This document shows positions 1 through 21,504 of a DNA stretch of 64,000 nt, one piece after another. A program made the translations under genes and the position numbers. The DNA comes from the human T2T-CHM13v2.0 reference genome, Homo sapiens, in assembly GCF_009914755.1 (NCBI RefSeq), contig NC_060942.1, one strand, 5' to 3'. The notes under the pieces were generated by a model that was given only the letters and a program-made list of their open reading frames with translations, was not told the origin of the DNA and made no database searches. Position 1 is the stretch's first letter. Each line of letters starts with the position of its first letter.

Positions 1-151
1 ACCATGTTGGCCATGCTGGTCTCGAACTCCTAACCTCAGGTGACCCACCACCTTGGCCTCCCAAAGTGCTGGGATTACAGGTACAAGCCACCGTGCCCAG
101 CCCCAGTCCTTACTTTTGGTTGAGGGTTACCTTTCCTTTCATTCTGGCTAA

Positions 152-451
<300 letters not shown>

Positions 452-842
452 TAAAGTGCTGGGATTATAGGCATGAGCCACCATGCCTGGCTGATCTCCC
501 TAACTCTAAATCTTTACCCCTCTGTCTCTAAAGTCTGGCCACCTTTTTAATTCTTTTAGAGACAGAGTCTTGCTCTCACCCAGGCTTCAGTACAGTGGCA
601 TAATCGTAGCTCACTGCAGCCTCAAACTCCTGGGCTCAAGTGATCCTCCCACCTAAGCCTCCCAAGCAGCAGGGACTACAGGCACATGCCACTACACTGA
701 GATGTTTTTTTTTGAAAAGACAGAGTTTTGCTATGTTGCCCAGGCTGGTCTCAAACTCCTGGCCTCAAGTGATTCTCCTGCCTCAGCCTTCCAAAGTACT
801 GGGATTACAGGCGTGAGCCACAGTGCCCGGTCCTGATCACCT

Positions 843-914
843 TTTCTCCATCACCTTTTCCCTAACACTTAGTTTCCCTTTCTCCATCACTTCTTCCCTA
901 ACACTTAGTTTCCC
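843..914. repeat. 36-bp tandem duplication (2 copies)
   Basis: tttctccatcac(ctt/ttc)ttccctaacacttagtttccc repeated at 843-878 and 879-914. Confidence 0.9.
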
Positions 915-1064
915 TGTCCCCGACTTTCTCACTACTAAAGGACCCCTACATTCCTCTAGAAACCTTGTGGGACTAGATTCTTCTGTCACATACCCTATTC
1001 TTAAAAATAACAACAACAACAAAAGCCAATTTAAATACTTTAGAAGATCATACTTTTCAAAGAT

Positions 1065-1070
1065 TTTACT
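1065..1070 (-). terminator. Candidate distal polyA signal AGTAAA
   Basis: Variant hexamer followed on the minus strand by a GU/U-rich tract (ttttgttgttgttgttattttt, ~1003-1024). Confidence 0.45.
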
Positions 1071-1301
1071 AAATCATTTTTTTAAACAAAATATACATTA
1101 AATCTCAGATTTACAGAATATAGAAATAATTTATCCAAAGAAATTTGCATTTAAAATTGTTAATATTGCACCCAACAGTATGTCTTTGACACATTTGCAT
1201 TGTCAATCTTTCCCACAATTTGCAAAAACAGGAGAGAAATCTGAAACTAACAGAATTACACAAGCTAAGTTTTCTGTAAAAAAAGAAAAAACTTACAATT
1301 T

Positions 1302-1307
1302 TTTATT
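1302..1307 (-). terminator. Candidate polyA signal AATAAA
   Basis: Canonical hexamer with a U-rich downstream element (1278-1291). Confidence 0.5.
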
Positions 1308-2279
1308 TACAAGTTAAGGAAAAGTTGTAAACGTTCAGGATTTTACTTCCACAGAATAAAAAGCCATACATTCTTTTATCATACCTAGAAAATGAACATA
1401 TACACATTGTGATTACCTCATAGGAATTCAACAGGACTGATATTGTGAACATTCACAGCCCAATGGTAAAAAACAGAATTCTCGAACTATGGAAACTAGT
1501 GTGTGAAAGACACAGAATGAGAAAAATGTCTGGAAAAAAATTACTTTCTCCTCTTTGAGGAGTTTCCATAATTACCTAAAGTTATCTTCAAATTTAAAAG
1601 GACACACCATTCCCCAGTCTTAGGAATGTGGCTGCCAATAACCTTTTCTCTCGACATAAGACAAGTGAAAAAGAGTGAGGTCTTTGTTCAAGTCCCTGAT
1701 AAAATACTTTGCATATAGGCAGGCACAAAAGTTTGCTTTCCAAAAGAAAGCTTTGCAAAATATTCTGCAATTTATTACTGATATCCTCAGTTTTTAAAAA
1801 CCCCCTTTTTAAGCCCATAAATATTTATATGCTTTAAAAAATGAGAGTAGGGAATCAAATCATTTGGTACTATGGGAAGCTGCTAAAATAATATTTGATA
1901 GTAAAAGTATGTAATGTGCTATCTCACCTAGTAGTAAACTAAAAATAAACTGAAACTTTATGGAATCTGAAGTTATTTTCCTTGATTAAATAGAATTAAT
2001 AAACCAATATGAGGAAACATGAAACCATGCAATCTACTATCAACTTTGAAAAAGTGATTGAACGAACCACTTAGCTTTCAGATGATGAACACTGATAAGT
2101 CATTTGTCATTACTATAAATTTTAAAATCTGTTAATAAGATGGCCTATAGGGAGGAAAAAGGGGCCTCTGGGAAATTATGCTGAAGATCACCGAAAGGAA
2201 AATGTAACTGTAATTTTATAATACAATACCATTTGAACTGAAATACAACATGCTTTGTAATTCTATTGCCCTGGATTGA

Positions 2280-2889
<610 letters not shown>

Positions 2890-2972
2890 GAATAATAGGA
2901 CTTTTAAAAGTCCTATTTCTTGGCTCTGCTATTGTTTAATAGTCCAACCCAAGGAGTTTGTTATAAAGATTA

Positions 2973-2978
2973 TTTATT
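2973..2978 (-). terminator. Candidate proximal polyA signal AATAAA
   Basis: Canonical hexamer ~115 nt after the stop codon. Confidence 0.35.
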
Positions 2979-3091
2979 GTCTTCAATATCTTTGTGATGA
3001 ATGCAATTCACACACACACACAAAGTCCTGAGAGTCTTTCATAAAAAAATAGACGTGCTTTGTGGCCGCATCCCAGCCTGGGGGTAAGGGA

Positions 3092-3316
3092 TCAGCTGTC
3101 CCCGGTGCGCCTGTACTCCGCGGTGCCATCCGCCACGATGGCATCAAGCGGCGAGCGCTTCTTGCGGATGCTGCGCCCGGAGGAGATGAGGTCCGCGTAG
3201 CCCCGCTGGTGCGAGAAGGCGTAGGCCGAGCGCCGCGTTGACACGCCCCGGCGGAACACCTGCTGCCGTCGCTGCCACTGCTCCTCCGCCTTCAACCGCT
3301 TGCGATGCTTCTGGAT
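3092..3316 (-). CDS. ATP8B1: ATP8B1 exon 28 coding part (225 nt incl. TGA; autoinhibitory C-tail with AYAFS motif)
   Basis: IQKHRKRL...[13 protein letters not shown]...RTGDS*; stop codon at 3092-3094. Confidence 0.97.
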   Translation of the reverse strand: MQKHRKRLKAEEQWQRRQQVFRRGVSTRRSAYAFSHQRGYADLISSGRSIRKKRSPLDAIVADGTAEYRRTGDS

Positions 3317-3455
3317 CTGCAAGGGGGAGAGATGGGGAGGGATGAAAATAAGATCCACACCAGGGAGGAGGCCTGGCCAGACGGTTGACAGAAATGAACA
3401 CTGATGAACTCCCCTGACACCTGCCCCATTTTGATGCAGGCAGTTCTGTCCCCAC

Positions 3456-3456
<1 letters not shown>

Positions 3457-3509
<53 letters not shown>

Positions 3510-3510
3510 G
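3457..3510. repeat. (TG)20 microsatellite with degenerate tail
   Basis: Direct reading. Confidence 0.95.
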
Positions 3511-3535
3511 TCTATATCTTTTTTTTTGTTTTTGA

Positions 3536-3637
<102 letters not shown>

Positions 3638-3805
3638 TGAGTAACTGGGGTTACAGGCACGCACTGCCACACCCGTCTAATTTTTGTATTTTTAGTGGAG
3701 ACAGAATTTCACCATGTTGGCCAGGCTGGTCCTGACCTCAAGTGATCTGCCTGCCTCGGCCTCCAAAAGTTCTGGGATTACAGGCATGAACCACAGTGCT
3801 TGGCT

Positions 3806-3806
3806 A

Positions 3807-3837
<31 letters not shown>

Positions 3838-3930
3838 ATCGACATATATATATGATGATATAAATCTATATCCATCTCTCTATATCTATACATAGATTGA
3901 TTGATCAATCGATCTACCTACCTACCTACC
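3806..3930. repeat. (TATC)n / (TA)n / (CTAC)n compound simple repeat
   Basis: Direct reading. Confidence 0.85.
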
Positions 3931-4979
3931 TGGAGATATATATTGAAGCCAAGGGAAGGTTATTTAACTTTTCCAAGGTCACACAGCTAGAAAATGCAAA
4001 GCCAAGATTCCCACTCCTCTGAAGCTAGTGCCCTTTTCTAGTTCAGACCAGATGGGTACAGTCAAAGAGAAAATTCAGTAGGGCCTCTTTCCTGGGTTGT
4101 TACTGCATACTGTTGGCACTGCAAAAGGGAGACCCGAGGGATACTGAAGGTTGCCTCAGTAGCCTCTACTCTCTCCTTCTTTCTAATGGAAATTGATTGT
4201 ATTCAGATTGCCCCCCCCAACCCCTCACAGCCACATTTCTCATGGGCGGTGGGCAGGTTGATTTCCCTTGCTAAACTAGTCCAGAATGGGCAAGTGACCT
4301 AATTTTGGCACGTGAGACCTGAGGGCACTGTACTGGGGCCCTTGGGTGAGAAGTTCCACGGCCCCTAAGGAGCTACAGAATAGGCTCTTATCTCCCCCCG
4401 ACACTGATAGGTCAGGAAGTGATACCCAGAACTGCTCTGGCCATCTTCCAGCATCCATATGAAGCTAATAATGAAGGTTTCTGAGAGAAGAGATGGCAAG
4501 AACCAGCCCAATCCTTTCTTGACAACATTAAATTGCTCAATCAACTGGGCCTGAAGCCTACTAATGATTAATGATGACGCACTACTGTAGAGATGTTTTG
4601 AGTCACAGCTTTCTGTTCCTTGTAGCTCAAAGGATCCTGCTACAGAAGGTGACATTTTTCTTAAATAAAGAAAAAAAACCCAATCTGATTTGTATGACAA
4701 AATGTTAATACTGTAATTGTTAAACTGAGGAGATAGATATATGGGGCTCATTCTGTTCTCCCTTTTTTGTTTATGTTTGGTAATTTTTGTATTAAAAAGC
4801 AAGCACACTAAACTCCCAATTCCAAAAGACTTATTTGTGAGATAGAGTTAAAGAGAAGCAATCATGAAAAATCATTCTTACCAAACTTCCCATGAGCTTA
4901 GAATTTTGCAGGAAACGTGCTGTTGGGAAACGCTTTGGTTTCTGTGAGGGACAGAGTTGGGAAAGGACTATATTCTTTA

Positions 4980-5494
<515 letters not shown>

Positions 5495-5731
5495 TCATAA
5501 TCTATAAATAGATCATTTATGGTAAAGTTTTACAACTGGATTGGCCTCCCCAAAATATCCATTATGGCTCAAAGAACAGACATTTTAAAATCAGACTAAG
5601 CAAAGCAAAATTGGGAAGGTAAATTATTTGAAACAAGGCAAATTTACATAAGTGAGCAAATAAGGAAAAAAAGCACATTTGTTGACATTGCATTGATTAA
5701 AAATGCAAAGTTAGGTGATCAAGACTTCTGA

Positions 5732-5845
<114 letters not shown>

Positions 5846-5848
5846 TGA

Positions 5849-6016
<168 letters not shown>

Positions 6017-6382
6017 TAGCCCCAGTATTAGGTTTTATGGGAAAGAAAGAATAAGCTTTTATCCAGCCTTTTAAGTCTTAAGTTATCTAATTCAACACAC
6101 GTACAGCGCTATTGTAAAGCTATTTTAATTTGTCTTCCTCCCATCATGTTATGCCCTTTCAACCCACCATCACCATTTAATTTCCAGACAAGACATTAAT
6201 TTTCACTAGCAATAATAATTTGTATATATTTGTTTTGTTGTGCTTTGTTTTTTTTGTTTTTTTTTTGAGACAGGGTCCCGCTCTGTCACCTGGGCTAGAG
6301 TACAGCAGTGCCATCACGACTCACTGTAGCCTCAACGTCCCAGGTCAAGCAATCCTCCCACTTCAGCCTCTCCAGTAGCTAG

Positions 6383-6818
<436 letters not shown>

Positions 6819-7039
6819 TCATTTTGGGGAGTTAGCAAGAAATAAAGGATCTAACAATCCTGAAAACAGAATTCAGCAAGTTAGGCATGATGTGGCTTGA
6901 ATACTGGACCAGAAACTAAACCATCCTTGACTCAGGCAAGAAATAGAAAATGTGCTTGGTATAAGAGATGAAAATAGCATTTATATTTTGTAAGTGGCAC
7001 AGGTGCAGTGGGAGTCAGGTGGATGTGCATGCCACCCTA

Positions 7040-7405
<366 letters not shown>

Positions 7406-7822
7406 TTATAATTAATATCTCACAAAAAGTTGCAGCCTGCTGTTAAATTTTAGGAAGGCAAAAACTGAACAAGATAATCGATCAATCCTGCAATATTTGT
7501 GGTGTGCAGAGCTCAACCTCATTGCTTAGACCACCATTACTTAATATTTAATTCAGAGAAGGGCTAGGTATAAGTTTATTACTTTGCTACTTATGGAAAG
7601 AAAACAAATTAGTAATGTCCAAAAATATGTAGGGAGGCTACTGTTTTTACCTCCTGAGTGAATATATATTGTTGCAAATCCTTTGGGAAAAAATTTTCTC
7701 ATACAAGTTGATGAGTTAATTATAAATTATTACTTTTTAGTCTTTATAGTGCTTCTTTCTTTTTAAGAATTGGTATTAGATAAAAATATGCACTAGCTAC
7801 ATAAATTTTGGAAAGGATTTAA

Positions 7823-8071
<249 letters not shown>

Positions 8072-8394
8072 TAAATTTTTCTGTAGAGATGGGGTCTCCC
8101 TATGTTGCCAGGGCTGGTCTCAAACTCCTGACCTGAAGCAATTTGCCTGCCTCAGCCTCCTAAAGTGCTGGGATTACAGGCATGATCCACCATGCCCTGC
8201 CTTCAGTTATCTTCATAGTAAGCTCTTACTGTCTAAAAGGAACATAACAAATATGTGTGCCAATGAATTCAACCCAGTCACAGAAATCCTCTTTTCTCTT
8301 TTTTTTTTTTTTTTTTTTTGTCTTAGAGATGGGGTCTCACTTTATTGCCCAGGCTAGACTTGAACACCTGGGCTCAAGTCATACTCCTGCATCA

Positions 8395-8718
<324 letters not shown>

Positions 8719-8833
8719 TCACCAACAAAGACACATGCCAGCCTAGTTAGCACATACTCATCTGCTTCCTTTATTTAACATTTTGTTTGTTTGTTTGTTT
8801 TAATAGAGATGGGGGTCTTGCTATGTTGCCTAG

Positions 8834-9250
<417 letters not shown>

Positions 9251-9330
9251 TAATGTCAACATGAAAAAATAACCAAAGATAAAGATAAAAACATACAAGC
9301 AAATCCCCTCCTTTTTTTTTTTTTTTTTGA

Positions 9331-9651
<321 letters not shown>

Positions 9652-9803
9652 TAGAGAAGTCATGATCATTCTTAATTATGCCCCAACTGTAAGGAGACAC
9701 AGCCCCAAAACTACAAATATAGAAGAAATAAATTGTCTTTTCAGAACTAGATTTTTATTCATTTAAGAGCTCTACTTAGTAAATAACAATAATAACAACA
9801 TTA

Positions 9804-10196
<393 letters not shown>

Positions 10197-10419
10197 TCAA
10201 CTCAAAGTCTGAGTTACAAGTTGCTAAACAGAGCACACAGTAGGGCCTCCATAAATATCTGGGAAAGGATCTCATGTGGGTGACGAATTCCATTTGGATT
10301 ATCTGCCAAGATCACAGCCATCCCTTCCATCCACAGGGTGAGCCCCAGGCACCCATGTGTACACTGTGTCCTTGCCTCTTTGGCAACAGCTGTGTCAGTC
10401 ATGGGAAGATATGTAATTT

Positions 10420-10882
10420 GTGGTAGATACTACAAATCGGCTCCCCCAACTTCATTCCATCCTTGTTCTAATTAGAGAGGTGGGAAAGGAAATAAAAACC
10501 CTACATTTCCCAGACTCCCTTGCAGCTAGGCTCTTTGTGAATTAGGTTCCACTGTTTAGATCCACTTATGACTTGGAAGCAGAAGTGAATCAGAGCCCAG
10601 CATCGCTTCCTCTTTTGGGATTTCTGCAGCAGAGCTCATATCTACTTTCCAGCTACCTGGATGTTGACAGGCAACTATAAAGGCTTCTTAATTTGGAAGC
10701 TCTTTAGAGGAACCTCTTATCACTTACCAGAAGAGTAGAAGCTCTTCTGGTAAGTGACCCAGCCTAGACCCTGCTTCTGTAGACCATCCAGAGCTTTTGA
10801 AAGTACCTAGTCCCCTGTATGAATCTTTTCTTGCTTAAATACCAACTGGGGTCTGTTTCCTGTGCTAAACCCTGACTGACAG
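10420..10882 (+). mobile_element. ERVL LTR (LTR33/LTR16-like)
   Basis: ctacatttcccagactcccttgcagctagg core, ends in ccctgactgaca. Confidence 0.6.
10720..10757. repeat. Perfect 16-bp inverted repeat with 6-nt loop
   Basis: tcacttaccagaagag-tagaag-ctcttctggtaagtga. Confidence 0.95.
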
Positions 10883-10977
10883 AAAACCCAAGCTGAGCCA
10901 GTCTCTCTCTTGATATTCTGGAATTAGAAGTCAGTTATTTTGTGTCTAGAATTTTAAGGTCTAAATTCTTGAGGTAA

Positions 10978-11296
<319 letters not shown>

Positions 11297-11344
11297 TAGA
11301 TATATTTCTTCCTGAAGATTTCTAAGGGACAGAGAAATAAAGTA

Positions 11345-11500
11345 GTGGGGAGAGAGGGGTGGGGAGGAGGGAGAGAATGGAGGGAGAGAATGGGGGGAGA
11401 GAAGAGTGGGGAGAGAAGAGTGGGGAGAGAAGGGAGGGAGGGGAGAGAGAGAAGGAGGGGAAGAAGGAGGAAAGGGAGAGAGAAGGGGAGAGAGACAGAC
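11345..11500. repeat. GA-rich polypurine low-complexity tract
   Basis: Direct reading. Confidence 0.9.
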
Positions 11501-11605
11501 AGACACGGGGTTCCTGGTGCAAATCTATGTCCTTGTTCCAGTATCTTCCTGAGGCCTGGCTTCTTCTTGGACAACAGGAGGTGTTTAAATAAATTTACTT
11601 TTTTC

Positions 11606-11738
11606 TTTTTTTTCTTTTAAGTTACAGGATACCTGTGCAGAACGTGCAGGTTTGTTACATGGGTATACGTGTGCCATGGTGGTTTGCTGCACCTATTGAC
11701 CCATCCTCTAGGTTCCCTCCCCTCGTCTCCCACTCCTC
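11606..11738 (-). mobile_element. Severely 5'-truncated L1PA 3' end
   Basis: gtgcagaacgtgcaggtttgttacatgggtatacgtgtgccatggtggtttgctgcacc; imperfect TSD aaattta(c/a)ttttttctt. Confidence 0.85.
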
Positions 11739-12627
11739 AAATTTAATTTTTTCTTAAGCTAGCTTTGGTTGTTCTCCAATACTTGTAATCAAAAGAGTTT
11801 TAACCAAGAAACTATTAAACTTTCAAAGTCTTATTCATGGCCCTCTGGGACCTTAAGACATTTTTTTTTTCTTTACGGGGGAAGGTTTCCAGAATATATA
11901 AAATTAAAGTCACAATTTTATTTATGCTTCCAATAGTCATAAATAACACTTTCAAATTAGAGAATGATTAGTTTTGTCTGGGTCTTAAAAGTAACGAATG
12001 TGAAGATAGACAAGATCATTTAGAAAAGATATGTTGGAGAACACAACCTATCATTGCTCAGACCCTGAAAAGTGGCTGCAATGCTGCGGCGTTCCAACTA
12101 AAAAGAAGCTTCAAAAATCCTGCCCTAGTTACAGAACACAAGGTCTGGCAAATTCAAAACATAACTGTAGTGATGTATCCAAACCTACGTTTTCAGTAAC
12201 ACTTCTAAAAAAACAGAACAAACTGCATCTCATATAATATTTATGTTCTCTTTGAAAACACACAAATATTTCCTATGACCAGCATGGTTGCCAAACTTGC
12301 TCTTTCCTGCCAAACCATGGCCTTTTCTTTCCTGAACAAGCCACTGAGGAAAATGCTGAGATTCTCTTGGCTTATGTGGCTGAGGAAGAGGAAGCCCTGC
12401 CCCAGGCCCTGGTATCCAGTCCTCAACCTTCCCGCTGAGCAGACCAAGGACAAATGTGAAATGAACACTGTCATAGTTCCCAGGGCAACCAAAAGCACTG
12501 AACAGATACACTATAAGGTAACATTGGTCTTTTTTGTAAAATTTAAGTACAGGCATTTAGAGTTTCCTGAAATCTCAAATGCGGTGTTAGGTGCCTCACT
12601 GGTAGACATTCTTTTATCATTCCTTAA

Positions 12628-13083
<456 letters not shown>

Positions 13084-13241
13084 TGATAGTCCTTGGATCC
13101 TTGCTAGGGGCAGAAACATGGTGGGTCATGATTCCTTCACTTCTTCCAGACTACACTGCTAAACGTGAATGTTAGCAAATGCTCAGATTATTTTTTGACA
13201 CTTGAATAATTTTACTCGACTACTTTATGACCAACAATTTC

Positions 13242-13243
<2 letters not shown>

Positions 13244-13287
<44 letters not shown>
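13244..13287. repeat. (TG)22 microsatellite
   Basis: Direct reading. Confidence 0.95.
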
Positions 13288-13289
<2 letters not shown>

Positions 13290-13694
13290 CTTTTTTGTTG
13301 TTGGAGAAAGGGTCTTGCTCTGTCACCCAGGGTGGAGTGCAGTGGCACAAACATGGCTCACTGTAGTCTCAACTTCTCAGGCTCAAGTAATCCTTCCGTC
13401 TCAGCCTCCCACGTAGCTGGGACTACCGGTGTGTGCCCCATACTTGGCTAAACTTTCTGTATATTGTTATTGATGTGGTTGGAAGAAATGACAGCTTTTA
13501 CAAAGTACATAAAGGCACTAATACTACTTGTATAACTTCTAAGGAGACCCCTAAAGTTTCCTATATTTTTATCCCAAAGGGATGCTCTATAACTTATATA
13601 TAAAAGTACCTGGGGCCAGGTGAGGTGGCTCATGCCTGTAATCCTAGCACTTTGGGAGACTGAGGCAGGCAGACTGATTGAGCCCAGGAGTTCA

Positions 13695-13967
<273 letters not shown>

Positions 13968-15063
13968 CTAAGATTATCTACATTGACTTTGTGCAATCCC
14001 TCTCATTATGTATTGGTGAACTCAGAGGAACAAAATGTTTCAAGTCTAAGTCACATAATCAGTTGATAAATCTCCAAAGCAAACCCGTCCCCTCCCATTA
14101 TCTAGAAGGCTACTTTATAACTGAATAAAAATCATGTTTGACTTGTCCTTTTGGCACGGCTAGTTACGTTAAAGGTACGTAATGGAAAATAAACTAGAGC
14201 TGGCTGGCTATGGAGGAAAGAGATAGATCTAACTCCGAGCAAGCAATACCATTCGCATGGTAGGGCAAGCACATGCAAAAAAAAAAAAAAAACAGTGTGG
14301 ATGAATTAAACTGCTAGTGACCACAGACATACGCACTGATAAAGAAGGCAAGATGACATACGTCATACAGCTGACTCCTGTTGAGGAAGATAAAGTTGGA
14401 ATATTCTTAGTATACATCAAGGAGGAGGAGGAGACTAAGAAAAGAAAGAGACAGACTCATGAGTCACAAAATAGACTGAAAAGTCTAGTTATATATAATG
14501 CATTTAAGCAACCCAGCATCACAGGAACATGCAATTACCTATGTACAGTCAGGTAATACTTCAGCTCAGTGATAATAATACGACAGAGCTGGAGGTGACA
14601 TTAGGGATTATTTTCTTTTCCGATGAGAAAACTGAAACCTGAGCATAAGCCCAAGGTGACACCGGATTTTGGCAATAGGATGAGGATGAATATCCAGGTC
14701 ATTAGTTTGAGTATTTTTAATACAAGATACTCCCTTATAGTGACAGAGGGAGGAAAAAGGAACAGAATTCAGACATAGAGATGAGGGCTGTGGGTGTGCT
14801 TCTGCAGGCTTTAATACCAGCACAACTGTATTTCTGCATGGCAGGACTCAATATTTTAATTGTGTGGACTTAAATTCTAGCATCCAGAAAAAGGCAGCCT
14901 TCTAGGGAGGTGAGGAGGATGATGAGAGCACGTGGAAGCTTTTCTTCAGTGCTAAACATGTTACTCTAAACTCACACCAGGTGACCCAATGATGAAGTTC
15001 CCACAGATTTACCAAAGGTAGGAAGAAAGTCCCAGAAAGAAATGCTTAGATGAAGGAGAATGA

Positions 15064-15372
<309 letters not shown>

Positions 15373-15769
15373 TGATCCACCTGCCTCGGCTTCCCAAAAT
15401 GCTGGGATTATAGGCGTGAGCCACTGTGCCCAGCCAATATCAGGGCTTTTAATAAACCCAAAATATGGGAAGAGAACCAGTAAGAGAGAAAAAAATACAC
15501 AACATCTATATAAAAGAATAAAAATATAAGGATAAATTTCCCCCCATAGACCTTATTTTCCTCTTCGCATCCTTCAGAAGCCCTGTCAGTGATACTCTTT
15601 CCTCCTGATGGGCTGTGGGCTTTCTGGGGGTAGGGTCACAGGCGTTGTCATGGTTAAGTGACTTTATGAAACATCTGCTCTATGAAAACCTAAGCTGTAA
15701 AATCTAAAAAAAGAAAATCCACCCCCTACACATTCCAGCCATTTCTCCTCTCTAGCACGTTGGGCCTCA

Positions 15770-16105
<336 letters not shown>

Positions 16106-16189
16106 TTACATTCACTTTAGTTTTACCCCAGGAGTACCATTCCCAAGATTTAAATTATGTGAAGGATAATTTTTGGATTATGTCACTGA

Positions 16190-16519
<330 letters not shown>

Positions 16520-17022
16520 TAGTAGAGACGGGGTTTCACCATATTGGCCAGGATGGTCTCCATCTCCTGACCTTGTGATCTGCCCGCCTTGGCCTCCCAA
16601 AGTGCTGGGAGCACAGGCGTGAGCCACTGTGCTCAGCTATATATATATTTTTCAATGGAGATGGGGTCTTGCTGTATAGCCTGGGTTGAAGTGCAGTGGC
16701 TATTCATTCACAAGTGTGATCATTGCATGCTGCAGCCTCGAACACCTAAGCTCAAACCACCCTCCTGCTTCAACCTCCAGAGGAGCTGGGACTACAGGCG
16801 CATGCCACCACATCCAGCTTATAAAATATATATGCAACAAAAATTTAGAAAATCTAACAATCTATAAAGAAGAAAATGAAAAAACCCATTAATTAGTAAA
16901 CCAAGATAACCACTTTTACCTCTTTGGTATACATCCTTTCATATATCATATATTATTAAGTCTCAAACTTGGAAAAACCACACTTTCATGTATAGGCTAA
17001 GAGACTTTTAGGTTGGCAGTTA

Positions 17023-17253
<231 letters not shown>

Positions 17254-17314
17254 TCAGTGTTTAAAGTGTAAGACCCTAAATAGGCCCTTGACTCTGAGAT
17301 AACTTTGACTTAAA

Positions 17315-18664
<1,350 letters not shown>

Positions 18665-18976
18665 TGAGCCACCACGCCTGGCCAGCCCTTTTTTTTTTTT
18701 TTTAACTGAGCGACATGTAATTTTACTATGTCTCGATTCGTCCACCATGGGGGTACCATGTAATTCATCATTTTTCAAAGACAGTCAAAGGAAGATACAG
18801 TTGAAAATGTATACACAGCAACAGAAGAAAGGCAATCTTAGGCCAGGCACTGTGGCTCACACCTGTAATCCCAGCACTTTGGGAGGCTGAGACGGGCAGA
18901 TCAGTCGAGGTCAGGAGTTCGCAGCCAGACTGGCCAACATAGTGAAACTCTGTCTCTACTAAAAATACAAAAATTA

Positions 18977-19237
<261 letters not shown>

Positions 19238-19535
19238 TCAGTGCTTTATATCAACAAATTAAATGTTTGTGTTAAAATGATATATGTGACAAGGCTACGT
19301 GTAACACTTTCATGTGATAGAAAAATGAGTCATGAAATTTTGGAGTGGAAGGGACCTTAAATATCTTGTCCAATCTCTTCATGTTACAAATAAGGAAATC
19401 AAGCCAGAGGAAGGTGATGTGATTTGCCTGCTGCAGGTTGATAGGAAAACTAGAATGAGGACTCAGTTATCTTGTAACTTCTGGCTCAGGACTCTTACTA
19501 TTACATACAAAAAGCCATTGTTCTTCTCCTTCCAA

Positions 19536-19752
19536 AGAAGGCTTCTCAGCCTTTGCACTCTTGATGTCTTGGGCCTAATAATCCTTTATTTTGTGTGGCC
19601 ATCCCTTGCACTGGAGGATGTTTAGCAACATCCCTGGCCTCTACCCACTAGAAGCCAGGAGCACTTCTCTGCAGCTGAAACAAGCAAGTGTCTCTGGACA
19701 GTGCCAAAGGGTCCCTGGAAGGCAAACTCACTCCCCACGGAGAATCACTGCA
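19536..19752. mobile_element. MER20 (hAT-Charlie DNA transposon)
   Basis: ttctcagcctttgcactcttgatg...tttagcaacatccctggcctctacccactaga...gagaatcactg. Confidence 0.75.
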
Positions 19753-20105
19753 CTAGAGGATTAAGTATCTAGTATCCCTTTTCCACATCAATTTAATTCT
19801 CATTTTCAAGTTAAAAGTGAGTGACTAAGACAAATCATTGAAAGGCCGTTAAGAGAAAAAAAATGAAGATACCTTCTATTCAAATCATTTTATAGGAATC
19901 ATCAATTTAAGAGCCACCTGGGAAGATGATTCCTCTCTCTATAAAGGTAAACTCAGCTAAGGGCATGGTCACAACATTTGCTACTTGCATACATTTTATC
20001 TTTTACTTTAGCTTCGGGACCAATTTTTAAGACTTTCAAAAGAGAGACCAGAAATTTTTTTACAGCCCCATCTACAAAAAATAAACAAAGCCATATAGTA
20101 ATTAA

Positions 20106-20405
<300 letters not shown>

Positions 20406-21171
20406 TGATCCACCCGCCTCGGCCTCCCAATGTGCTGGTATTACAAGCATGAGCCACCGTGCCCAGCCTGTTGCTACTTTTTTAAAACCTAAAAGCACAA
20501 AGGGGCATGGCTTATGTACCTCTATTTGGGCACATAAACTAAATCAGTTCTAAATGGAACTGATTTAGATCATAAGGCTACTGATTTTGTCTAATTTGAC
20601 GGAATACCTAATATACTAGAACAACTAGAAAATGCTTTATCACCATCATTAGAAATAAGACTAATATTGACCATCAATTCCCTCATCACTTTATCACACC
20701 TGGCAAATGTGTATGTTAACAGTTTAATCTGACCTCATGCTGGCCTGAGAGAAGCTCTGTAGGGAAAAATCTTGAGGAACTGTCAGGCCATCAGTAAACA
20801 CATCACAGTAACTGTGTGCAGCATATTTATAGCTTCAGAACAAGACAGGGCTTTTTCATCATACATTTCCAGGTCTGCTGCGACTCTGATTCAAAGCTAA
20901 CAAACGTTTCAGCATATGCTAACATTTGAATTATCAGGCCTGCCCCACCTAGACTAGATTACAGGGGACCTACATGATGTAACCCACCCACACATTTCCT
21001 TCCCGCAAAAGTTTTGGGTTTTTTTTTTCCTTTCTTCTATTTCCCTTTCAAAAGTAAAAGTTCCTAGAAAAAGCAAAATAGGACTATAATTCATATTAAT
21101 TTGCTAGCGATATTACAGGCTTTTTACGGATTTTTTAGTAGGTGAACCGAGTTTTTTTTTTTTTTTAATGA

Positions 21172-21504
<333 letters not shown>

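Noticed and set aside
843-914. CRISPR-like 36-bp repeats
   Set aside because: Only two adjacent copies with no spacer, in a eukaryotic context; a simple tandem duplication.
14352-14365. ATGACATACGTCAT quasi-palindrome (CRE/ATF-like half sites)
   Set aside because: Non-canonical spacing and a short motif with no other support.
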